64,000 nt of DNA, taken from positions 43,958,001-44,022,000 of the forward strand of contig OX597817.1 of the NCBI GenBank assembly GCA_951406725.2, given 5' to 3'. The notes under the pieces are model-generated. The model was given only the letters and a program-made list of their open reading frames with translations, did not search any database and had not been told where the DNA came from. Position 1 is the stretch's first letter. Every line of letters begins with the position of its first letter. The translations under genes were made by a program, and so were the position numbers. This stretch comes from Octopus vulgaris (lineage: Eukaryota). Shown piece after piece: positions 51,538 to 64,000 of the stretch.

Positions 51538-54500
51538 ATGGGGACAAATAGAGTCAGAAAATAATTATCATGGTGATAATACAAATTACTGACATTATAT
51601 CATGTTCTCTGCTCACCTTTTCTTTCTGTCTACTTGTTTGTACTTATATTTCAGTCAACCACCCTATCTATATCAATATACACACAAAAGCATAGAATTG
51701 ATAAGATTTTAGATAACTTAGAAGAATTGATAGGGATGAAAAAGAAGATCAAGAATAATAATGATGACAATCACAACCGATTGAAAGATATGACTTTTAC
51801 TACATTTCTTACTGAGGTAACTAATTTACAACCTAATTAAAATATTTTAGAGAGTAAAACAATGATGAGTAAATATTCATAATTGTTATGATTGGAAAAA
51901 TATTTTTGTTTTAGTGATATGTGCAATAACCGTATAAACCAGTATTAAGTTCATTTGATGTCTAAGAAAAAGATCAGAAAACTTTTTAGCTACATGAGCT
52001 GTTAAGAATGTATTATCGCAGGTTTATGAAAAAATATTCTGAGTCACTGGAAAGAAAGATTTTACATTTCCTTTTGGAATCTGATACAGTTCAGCTACTA
52101 ACAATGCTTCCAATAATTTGGAGCCAATATTTTAAAAATTTATTTATCTTCCTGTGTCCATTGGAATCTAATTAGTATGAAGTGATCATGGAGAAGAATA
52201 TTATAAAATGGAGAAAAGTATAAATAATCAGATCACTATGTGTATTGTTGAAAATATTTTCTTATATATTAATGGTGAATAGGATTAAAATTATCAGTGT
52301 TTCATATTAGTACAATATGAAAGCTTAAACATAGAATGAAACTATGTCATTTCTAGTTGAAAATAGTACTCCTTGATAGAAATAACAACATTTGTGATTT
52401 AAGGTGCTTATCTTCATGTATTCAAATCTTGTCACAAATACTGTATTGAAAGTGAATAATTCTGCATGTCTTACCCAACCCAAACTCCAATAGGTTCTAT
52501 TCATAGAACATGGTTCTTAAGAAGTAAGATAGGGTTTAAGCAATTAAAATAAAAAGTAATGGATGTAATAAAATGAACAAAAGAAAGACAAAAACAATGA
52601 GAAAGAGGGAAGAACGATTAAACATTAAAATTTCACTTAAAATACATTTTTCATAATTATTGAAAAAATAGTTACAAAAGTGAAATCTATCCAATGTACA
52701 TATATATATTCACTACACTTGTGAAAATGCATATATAGTACATATATACATACAAATACAGTCATCACTTTTTCTCTCTAAGTATAAGTGTGTGCATTTG
52801 TATGAGTATGAATAATGATAAGCACATACATTATCATATATATATATGTGTGTTACACCATTTTATATAACATCCATGTGAAGTTTTTATTTTATAAAAG
52901 GCTATGACTTGAGTAAAAGGAATAGAATTTATTTATTTTACTTATGTGCACATTCACATACTGATGACCTCTATTCTGAGCTGTTTGCACCTTTCTTTCT
53001 TGTAGATATCATCTGTGGTATTCTACTTCACATAACCCTGATTGTGATTGAAATCTTTTCTCCCTAGTACTATGATTATGCTAGTCTTTAGAATTTACAG
53101 CTCCATAAAAAACACAGATTGATAGATAGTTTGATTCTTCTAGCAAGAAACAGAAAACATTTATTCAACCTTCAGGTATAAGTTCACTGCAAGCTAACTG
53201 TGTATTAACTTTTGCTGGCAACGCTGAAATCACAAATGCTAGGTTTGTGAAAGTATTAATGGCTTCCTTAAATTTCAAATAATATATTTTAATTTTATGT
53301 GAAAAGGTAAAATAAATGTAATGAAAGAAAGATAAAACTCATAATTTTTTATTATCACATTGCAGTATGTGTGTATTAGTGTGTTTCTGCATACATTTAA
53401 GTCTCTGTATAAGATAGGAAATAGCACCTTTTGAAAAGATGAAGTGGTGTGATGAATCTGAAAGCTTTTCTATAGGATTTAAAAATGAAACATGAAGAAA
53501 TATTGTATCATATTTATATATATTATCCAAGATATCTTTGAAAGCTGGCTTGGTACCCAATGATTGTTGGCATTCCACACAGTCATTATTGCTATTTTGC
53601 ATCTCTTTTAATTCCTATTGATGTCACATAGGTTTTACCTATACTTACCAATATAAGTAACATACTTCATACTTATTCAAATGCAGCTATTGATATATCA
53701 TATATTTGCAAGTAATGTCTAATTACATTGTTGGAATTCTGCAGCTTGTACAACACTGACTAAAAGGTCAAATATCTAAAATAGCATATCTAAATGAGAA
53801 TTAGTCTTACAGATTTCAAGACAACTCCAACCAGTATTTCTACACTATACATAGTTTTTATGTGAAATCTCTATTAGATGTATACACAATTCATTGAATC
53901 GTTTCCTTATATACTGCTTAGGTTTCTTTATGTGAATGTATGTATGTATATATGTGTGTGTATATATACCTGTATGTTAATAACATTTGTTAGATATAAA
54001 AAAGAGAGATGTTTTACGTTTGTATTCATATATATATGCATGTATATATGTGTTGTATGTATGTGTGAACAATTTTTTTATTGTCTGTCAGTGATATCAA
54101 AGGGCCTGGTGTATTATTATATGTTATTCCTTAATCAAACCAAATCTGTACCTGTCAAGCATGCATAATTAACAAGGCAGGAAAAAAAAAATATATATTG
54201 ATATATAGATATGCATGTCCCAAATATAAAATGAAGTCAGATCAAAAACTAGCACAAACATGAGCCTAACAAACAACCAATCATATTACAGGATTGCACA
54301 CAAGCAGCCACTGCTGACTAACATAACAGCTGGGCATGTCAGTATTCCAGGCAGAAAGATATGCACATACACAGAAGACAGATAAAGGAGTAAAATATTG
54401 AAAGGATATATGTATATAACAAGAACAATTTCCCAATGTCTAGCTAGCATTTGCAATTCATGCTTATTGTTTATCATTCACATGCCACTTAGTTTGTAGT

Positions 54501-55683
54501 TACTTACAACGAACAACCCTCTATCCTTCGCAAGCTGTGCAGTAAAATCAAATACAGGTGATTTTATAAATGTGTGCATACAGTTACAGAAGAGGAGAAA
54601 GAGCTAGAGTTTTAAAGAGTTTGAAGAAAGAGTCAGTAACAATGTCAGAAACAATGTCAATGACAGAAAAGTGTTTATATGTGTATCTGTGAGTGTGTGT
54701 ATGCATGTGTGTGTATGTGTGAATATGCATACACACATAAATAAAGATAAAGAAAGAAAGAGATAGAAAGTAAACTAGAAAGAGAGTGAAAGCCTGCGAG
54801 AAAGATTTGTCAATTGACAGTGAGGAGTGTTTAGAAAGAAATGAATTCAAGGTCTATATAAATGGTCAACATACTGCCAAACAGAACTTGAAAAATAATC
54901 GCATTCATATGCAAAAAGGAAATGATAGACACACAGATAGAAAAAAGATAAGGCATCCAAATGCAAAACAAAAGGATAATTAGATATGAATATATGGTTT
55001 ATATGTATTTACATATATGTATATATACATATGTGCATGTATTAGTAAATTATATTAAATATATATATAAATATATATACACTACAAAGTATATATATTT
55101 AAATACATAATTGTATATAACTTATTATGCATATACACATGAATATATAGCTATGTAATTAGATGGGAGATAGTCCATTTGAAATGCGCATGAGCAACAA
55201 ATGAATAATGCATGCATGTCGGACACTTATGACAATATGAATTGATGTATAACACTGGAGACAATTTCATTGGAAAATGTTGCACACTGATGATATTAGA
55301 GCTGAAATCTGATTATATTTTGCTAACTGTTGACCTTTGTATGGAAGCAGCTAATTCTAGATTGATAATAAAATGTTTTAATCATAAATATATACTTTCA
55401 CTGATAATTGTAAGTAAACAAGTAGAAAATGTGGGTTGAATAAAATGTTTAGGGAAAAAAATATGTGAAAGGCTAGTGCAAGCAAGTTCAACTCTAAATA
55501 TTTTATTTGTATACTTCGTGGAATTTTCTTACACAAATTCCATAACTTCTATACATAAATACGTAATGGAATTTACTTTTAGTACAAGTATATTGGTATC
55601 AGTGTATTTGTATATTTCTTTGAATGCATATATGAACAATACATTTATGTACCAAACATAGTAAATTGTGTATGTGAGATACA

Positions 55684-55797
55684 GGAAGAGAAGGAGAGAG
55701 AGGAAGAGGAAGAGAAAGAGAGAGAAAGAGGGAGAGAGAGGAAGAGGGAGAGAGAGGAAGAGGGAGAGAGAGAAAGAGAGATAGAAAGAGAGAGAGT
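55684..55797. repeat. Purine-rich (AG/GA) low-complexity tract
   Basis: Read directly from sequence. Confidence 0.9.
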
Positions 55798-56528
55798 AAA
55801 ATAGAATGTGTATATTTATGAATGTGTTTCAATGAGAAACTAATATTGAGAAAATAATTTAATTCTGCAGTGTAGATTATAATAGGGAGTTGTCTTCATA
55901 AAATATATTTCTTAAATGATAGAGTAAAACATGAAACTATTAGAGACTGGTTCTAAATAATAATTACAATGTTGACAGTTTAAACTTTCCCAGCCCAGCC
56001 ATACACACAAAGCAGCAAAATTAAAGCAAGTTCTAAAATTTCTTATTCAAATACATCATAAAACTACAAATTTTCTAAAGATTGTCTCATATATATAGTA
56101 AGACTAAAAAATATCAATAATTCTGAAAGTATATGGAAATGTTTTAATCACTAATGAAACTGGAAAAATTATTCCTCGGGGAAAAGAATGGATACATTCA
56201 TTTTTACTGAAGTTCTGTTTTTTGTGTATACTATACTTTTTCAGCCCTAAATATTTAATACAGAGAAGACTACTTAAAACATTTCATACGTGTTAACTAT
56301 TTCTTTTACATGTCAATTATTTACAGGAGAAAGTGTGAATAACTTAACTCAATTTTTTAATATTTTTTAAGATAATGAAAGTAAGTCTAGATATATTTAT
56401 TGGTCACTAATAAAATATTTTAGTAAACTAAGTTTGGAGGAATGGTTATAAAAACAAAGAAAACAATAAAATATTAATATAATCTTCAGAGTGAATTTTA
56501 TTATGAACAGAGTGTGTGTGTATGTATG

Positions 56529-56592
<64 letters not shown>

Positions 56593-59500
56593 TAAAATAT
56601 AAAATTTAAGTCCTCGACAAAGAAAAATGTATTAATGTATTTTTGTTTAGCTTTTTGTTATAAATTAACACTAAAATGTTTAGCTTTTATTTAGGTCCTG
56701 TAGGTCCCCGATGTAAGAAATACTAAACAAACTTAAATGGATTCAATAGAATTATGCAGGTTTCATATACTAGTCTATTCTCCTTCTTTATAACCACCTA
56801 ATTCCTCTTTTTCATTTCCTCTTTTTTATGCTATTTTCTGTATAGATTTTTTGATCTGTAAAGGATTTCTGGATAAATTCTATCCCTTCTGGTTTCTTTT
56901 AATTTCACTAAGTTCTAATGTCATCATCATCAGCATAATTTTACTTCTATTTCTGTGTTGGCCTTGGTTGGACAGCTGACAAAGAAATTTAAGCAACCTA
57001 TCTGTTATCAATTATTCATCACCTATTTTAAGTACCCAGAGGGCTGTTTAGTGTCAGTGTATTAATTTCAGCTAGGTACACATGCACAAAAGGTAAGTGC
57101 TTTATCCAAATATTCCATAAACCATAAATTACAAACTTTTATTTGTGCACATAACTGATTGTTATCATTTGAGCTGCCTATATTATCAAAATCTATTTTA
57201 GAACATTCTTTCTGAGTGCTCCCATTACAGTAGCTTAAGCAATTTACTAAATCCCAGAGTAACATTCCCTTTACTCATATCATACTCTGGTTTGTCATAT
57301 TAGCAAAATTCATTCTTTTTCCAAAATCAGTTACTTTTTTCTGTTACATTGTTAGATCCCCATTGTATAATTTTTAAGATGTTTAAAGTTTATTGGTTTG
57401 ATTATTAATCAAATAAACTATTTAAATTCAAACAGATGATTGAACTTTATTTAAATGTGTGTGTGTGTGTATTGCAAAATTAATTTGAAGAAAAACAGGG
57501 AATAGCTTGAAAGATAAATTTTAGGTAGTGTTAAGAGAGTTAATATCTGGATTTCAGGTTTTTGCATAACACAAAATAATACTTTGAAAAATTTGATGTG
57601 TTAGAAATTATCATTCAGTTTAGGATTTATTATATAATTCTAAAATGAGATTATTTTACACATTATAGTATATTAAATCTAGTTCCTTAATCAAGAAATA
57701 ATTAATATACATAATTAATATCAGATATTTTTCAAGCTAGTATAATTAATAAACACTTCAATAAACATGGTAGTTTACTTATAATGTTCTGGATGATAAA
57801 CATTGGACTACTTGTATATGGATACTACTTAGAAGCAACTTTTAATTTTGTTTTCCTGGTTGTCTTACTGTGCCAAAATTTTGATAATAGGTAAAATGAA
57901 ATGAAAAATATGTGTAAAGTGAGGAGGAGAAATTTAGGGTAGAAAGGAAAGTATTACATTCTCTAGACTTCATACTTTACTTTATAAACCTATCATTATA
58001 TTACACAAGATATATTAACATAAACAGATACACTTCTTCTTTAATTTAAGTATTTTATTTAAGATTTGAAATAAATGGTAAATGATAACACATCAATGTT
58101 TTATGATTTAGAATTTGAACTGTCAATATAATTGATTTGTTAAAATTAAAGTCTGTCTTAAATTGTTGAAATTAAAGGTGTATTACAAAAACACTAAATA
58201 ATGATGACTTGGTAGAATGTATTCTACATACGTTGTATCTTGCTAAATCTCATGTAAATTTATTAATATCAAATGACAGGACCTAAAATTACATGCCATA
58301 TCTATCACTAATATGTAATCAAAATAGATATTGAATTTGACAGTGCCTAACGTTGTATGACATAAATATTACTAATATGTAACAGAAATAGATATTGAAA
58401 CAGATAAGAATTTTGCAGATTCATTCATTGGAAATATTCTAGAAATATAAAACACTTAATTTACATAAATATATTTGAATACCATTACTAAAAGGACTAT
58501 TCAAAACTAAGAATGCTACTAATGATCATAATTGTTATTTAACAGACTAATATTGAATGTATGTATAAATTTTGAAATTTCATCGTTATATTCTTTTAAG
58601 TATCCTTTCTCAAAAAAGAGAGCACGAGGTGAATATATATTTTCTTCTTAAAATCTTAAATATCAAAATTTTAATGAACCTAAGTTTGAAAGTTTAAAAT
58701 TAAAATCCCTATATCCCATAATGAAATTACATTTCAAATAATAAATGAATGATAAATTGTAAAAATCAATTCTTGCTTTGAAGAATCATAAGCAATGTTC
58801 TGGTGAAGAGCAGGAACCAATGTTGTTCAAAGAATAAAAAAAAAATGTTAAAAAGGTTGTTGATTCATTTTATTGTAAAAAAAATAAAATTGCAACCAAA
58901 ATCTTCAAGATGTCTGAGATGAGCAAGTTACAAGAACTCTAAAAGTATCCATTTGCTTCATTTTTTTTTTATATATCAAAAGAAAGAAATTATTTTTCAG
59001 ATATGTTGTTTAAAAAAATATTTGAATATATATTTAACATATTCAAATATTATCTCTATGATATTTTTATAAATTCAAAAGGTGAAGACGATGAATTATG
59101 ACAGCTTTTTTTACAACAAAAACTTCAATAGTTAAAAAAGATATCAAAATTGGCTAAAGTAATCATAACTCATTTTGATATTGAAAATTTTCTTTTTTAT
59201 TGACTACATACTTTCAGATTAGATATTGAAGTAATTGAATAAAATAACTGCTAAAGAAAACATCATGTAAAACAATATAGACATAGCATACACATGTCAC
59301 TTATTTGTACAATTAAAAACAACTATAAAGGTAATAACAATATAAAGTAATTAATGATAGCAACCAGGTTATGATGATAGTAGTAATGATGATAAGAATA
59401 ACTATCAAAATTAATAAAACACAAATTGTAATAATAAAAACAAATAATAATGACATCAACAACAATGATAATTATAATAATACAAGACAAAAATATAGGA

Positions 59501-59666
59501 AGTTCATTTGTAATATTGATATATTTTAATTTTTTTGTAAATTATGATGAATTTTGTAACCAATGTTATAAACCAGTTCTTCAAGAAGTAAAAAAAAATA
59601 TATATATTCAGTAGGATTCAATTAACAAAACAAATTTCTCAATCTCTCTCTCTCTCATATGCTTGT

Positions 59667-59700
<34 letters not shown>

Positions 59701-62389
59701 GCACACGCACACATGTACACACATATACGCTCATATTCACAAAACAAAACAAAAAAATGAGGGATTAACATAGTGCTGCACTTAAGGTAAGAGCTGTGAG
59801 TGGTAACAAAAATAAAGTGCAGGAGCAGATAACTAGCTACAACTTTCATTCCACAAGGTTTGGATTCACAATATATCACTAAAGGATTTTGTCTATATAA
59901 TAAATTATAGAGAATTAAGAAATACAGTTGATGGGAATCAAATACTAAAAGTTTGGTAATTATAATAACAACAAAGATAAAATTCTAGCAATAAGTTAGA
60001 AATGCTAAAACATGAAACTGCTTTTAAATAGAAGCAAATATTTTCAGTACACTTTTTGTTTTTATTTGTTAGTGCATGGAAGATTAGAATAGTTATAGTT
60101 TCTGGTGTATTCCGGGTCTGGAGGTTGAAATAATTTATCTGATATTAATATGGTGGGAGATGACAATGGTGAAGTTTTCCAAAAGGATGAAACTATGTGG
60201 TAGGAAATGAATATATGTAGTAGGAGGAAGAATCACTAGTATAATGACTGTGTATTTATAACACAGATTGATATGAAGCAAACAAATTTTAGAAATAGCT
60301 TATGTTGAATAGACAGAATGAAAACACAATGTAGTGGAGGTAGTTTATGAAGGGATCTAAGCTAACATTTGATAACTGAAACAGGAGCACCATTCTGAAC
60401 ATTAGGACCACTACTTAATATTTGAGATATATATTTAAAGGATTAGTAACTATTGGAATATTCAATACTTTCCTGAACAAATAAAGGAAATGAGATTTCC
60501 CTGATAGAGGTTAGTTAGAACCATGCATTCATAAAAGTTTCAAAGATTTTAGTTTTTAGCAGATATTGCTTGTAATTGGAATGAAAGAAACGGAATGTTG
60601 TTAGTAGTATAGATTTAAATTTTATTTTCTAAAGAAAAGCGATGAGTTGGATCAGTAACCTGTCTTTTAGATCTTGCAAGACAGTGAGATGCAGTCAGCC
60701 TGTTGATGTTGAGACATCTATAATAACTCTGCTAGATAGCTGAAATTTTATAATTCCTAGGTTTTTCATCACAGTTCTAGAGTTTCTTTAGGAGCCAATG
60801 GCATGAATTCTTTGAATACACTTTTATAACATCTAATGTAAAGCTTTTATTCTGCACATGCCTGTTTATTTGTGTGTCTGTATGTTTATATGTAAGTGAA
60901 TGTACACAACAAGTTATAGAGTCTAGAAATAATTAACATTTGAGCATTTATTTTAGGGAAATATTTTATGACTATATACACACAAACAAAGCTTAATGTA
61001 TTTATACACACATATGCATATACATCTATGTAGATATATATGCATATGAACATATGTAATATATAATTATATGTATATAGGTAAATTACAAAGTGTTTAT
61101 GTTCATATGCTATTGAAGTAAGTTACTGATGTATTCAACCAAATTCTTTGGAGAAAGGAAAAATGTCTTTTGTGTCCTTAGTTCATGGAAGTATGAAAGT
61201 AATGAAAGGTTAGTTTCTGCAAACTTGAGAGGGAAGCAGTGGAAAAGGGAGAAGTATAAATTTGGAAAAAAGTGTGATTGAAAGTGGAGAAAGAATAAGC
61301 ATGAGAAGGAAGGATAGAATTATTTATCACTGTAAGGTAGAGAGAATAACTGAGGTTTACAAATTTAGTCAATAACAATGTTCACATTCATGAACATCAT
61401 TCATAATACCACTCTCATATATTCTTCATATATTCACCTTGTACTCAATCATATTTTCTTGAAATACACACTTGTCTGAAACTTTCTGTTTATACTGTCT
61501 AACTGCCTCTATCTTTACCACATGATATTTTTTCTTCTTTAGAAAATCTCAGCAATATTTGATTTAAAACCTTCATGGTCTCAATCCATGTCCAACTAGA
61601 TACCTTTAAATGCACATGCTGAATATTTCTCATCAGTAATATGGGTGTAATTACTTGTCCTAAATCCTAATCCCTCAAAACTTTTAACCTACCAATGTTA
61701 TAAACTGCATTACATGAAAACTCTAATGACACAGAGTGACATTTGGGTGATTCATTCAAAGAGCACCTATGCAGCATCTCCACTGCATTTCAACCAACCT
61801 GTGGCTGGATGCTTTAACACACTGAGTCGATCTGTTAAATACCTCTTAGTGTTCAGTGTTTCTGTAGTTTACAGGGCATCATACTCCTGAAAACACATAC
61901 ATGCACATGCCCACACACACACACACACACATACACACAAACACACACACACACACAAATGCGCGTGCACACACGCATGCACACACGCATGCACACACGC
62001 ATGCACACACACACACACACAATACATTATCCTTGCTCAAAATACATCGTCTATGGAGCTTAATGAATATTTTCTTTCTCTACTTCTTAATTTCACCTTA
62101 CCCCCAGCTGTGGTAATATATTTTTGCATGTAACTCAATGGGAGTATGTAGATGTACATATGTGTGAGCAAAGAAATTTGATATGAATACATCATTTGCA
62201 TGAATAACTGAATGCATTTGGCTATATAAACGTATATATACAGGTGTGAGCATGGGTATATTTTTGAATGTGTACATAGATATAAAAGGCTATAGGTATG
62301 TTTAGATGTATGTTTATCTATGCACATTTGAGTATTTGTGTGAGCTTATATAGGTATACATAAACAAATATGTATATATGTATATGCAT

Positions 62390-62700
62390 GTGATGATGGA
62401 CTTTTTCATCGAAGATGACATAAGAGTGTTCAGCTTTTTTGCTGAATAACCTGCACAAATGATTTGTTTATAGTGAGCAAATGTATGTGCCATACATTAG
62501 TTCACTCTCCACCATCAAATTGACATTGCCCGTACAGGTGTACAGAGTGTCATGCTTCAGGTATTGAAGTCATCGCAGAGCAGTGTGAGATGAAGTGCTT
62601 TGCTCAAGAAGACAACACAGCACCTGGTCTAGAAATTGAAACCATGATCTCTCTATCGTGAGTGCAACATCCTAATCACTAGGCCATCTGTTCTCACAAT
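62390..62700 (-). mobile_element. tRNA-derived SINE
   Basis: Minus head 'tggcctagtgattaggatgttgcactcacgatagagagatcatggtttcaatttc' with A/B-box-like motifs; core 'ttcttgagcaaagcacttcatctcacactgctc'. Confidence 0.75.
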
Positions 62701-62721
62701 TGTGAGGTCTGATATGTATGT

Positions 62722-62759
<38 letters not shown>

Positions 62760-62782
62760 GCGCATATATATATATATATATA

Positions 62783-63250
62783 TATGAATAGAACAGAGTA
62801 TAGAAGTGAGGTGAGAGAATAAATGTTTATTCAATTTGTTTACAATAGTTTCATAATCTTGTTAGTTATATAATAAATGTTGCATCAACATTTGCATGTA
62901 ATACAAAAAATACATATAAATATATATGCGTACACCCATATAAACAAGAGAACTAACAGATTAATCTTCAGAATGATTCATGGTAGTCCGAAACATCAGG
63001 ACTACCATGAATCATTCTGAAGATTAGTCTGTTAATCTGTTTGAACACTTGTATATATGGGTGTACACACATGCATATTTATATATTTTATAAATGTGCA
63101 AATGTTATGTAATATTTATTATATAACTAACAAGATTCTGAAATAGCTGTAAACAAATGGAATAAACATTTATTCTCTCACCTCACTTCTCTTATCTGTT
63201 CGATTCATAAACATTCTCTCTACCATTTGTAAGAGTGGGTACTTATGTAA
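62783..63250 (+). mobile_element. Fold-back element H (imperfect arms of about 205 bp, 9-nt loop, tail), following (TA)n
   Basis: Arms about 62783-62989 / 62999-63209; CTGAAGA at 63017 and GAAATAGCTGTA at 63140. Confidence 0.8.
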
Positions 63251-63616
63251 GTATATGTGCATGCAAGGTTCAGGGAATAAGTGAGCTGGTGGCCCTATTT
63301 CCCTATTCATAATTATGAGTATGTACAAGTATAAATATGCATATCATTATTGACTGACATGTTTACAAACATACTAACTTGAAAATGATCCCAAATACTG
63401 AATTATTTCCCTCCTAAATATGCACATAAACTAGCAATTTGTTACTTTCACACATCCACAGATTAAGGACACAAAATCTTTCCTATTTCTCTGAAGAATG
63501 GTTTATTCCAAAATGAAAGAAAGTTTAAGGAATTTTATATTTTATAAGTGGAAGTACATTTCATCAAAGAAAAATTATCACTAGTTTTCCTGGGTTTTTG
63601 TGTTCTTATCTACATG

Positions 63617-63653
<37 letters not shown>

Positions 63654-63658
<5 letters not shown>

Positions 63659-63880
63659 TGTCACTAAAATGACTGAGATTACTAGTCAGTACCAGTATTG
63701 CTAGAAATAAGAGCTAAACAACTCATAGCCACAAGGCTTCGTGTGGGCATGAGTTTTTTTAACTATTATTTCTAGCAATACTGGTGCTGACTAGAGACCT
63801 CAGTCACTTTAGTTACATATATATTTCTGCCTTTCGATTGTAAAATTGCAAATAAGCCACCCTTATTATTTAATATTATA
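63654..63880 (+). mobile_element. Fold-back element I (arms of about 80 bp, tail) in TA context
   Basis: Arms about 63654-63731 / 63741-63821; arm consensus GAAA-C-ctca-GTC; tail ends 'cacccttatta' as in element C. Confidence 0.75.
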
Positions 63881-64000
63881 TATGTATATATCATATATAT
63901 GTACATACATACATACATATGCATATATATATATATATATATACACACACATACAGATATATTTATACATATACATATACATATAGTGTGAATATATAGA

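Noticed and set aside
53339-53602. 87-aa minus-strand ORF of ordinary composition
   Set aside because: No recognisable domain or convincing splice signals; an ORF this long is expected by chance.

Overview
Eukaryotic, AT-rich, microsatellite-dense genomic DNA. The repeat content (tRNA-derived SINEs, RTE and CR1-group LINEs, (TA)n/(CA)n tracts) resembles an octopus or other cephalopod genome; that assignment is an inference. I can support no host protein-coding exon: the ORF track is almost entirely microsatellite translations and decayed transposon fragments. Recognisable elements are a 5'-truncated, decayed RTE LINE with an internal PHD-type zinc finger, CR1/L2-group LINE fragments, two mariner fossils, two Penelope-like (RT plus GIY-YIG) remnants, and many SINEs and MITEs. 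The most striking signal is a set of at least seven short fold-back (hairpin) elements of about 230-480 bp from about six unrelated sequence families. Six sit in (TA)n tracts and each has an unpaired tail on one side. Each carries a minimal type I hammerhead ribozyme or a recognisable remnant of one (C/UUGANGA ... GAAA, short palindromic stem III, GUH). In several, the fold-back axis appears to be hammerhead stem II itself. One has a tRNA-like Pol III head as its loop and a 14-bp target-site duplication, making it a candidate Penelope-mobilised, ribozyme-bearing SINE. All coordinates were read by eye and element ends are approximate.
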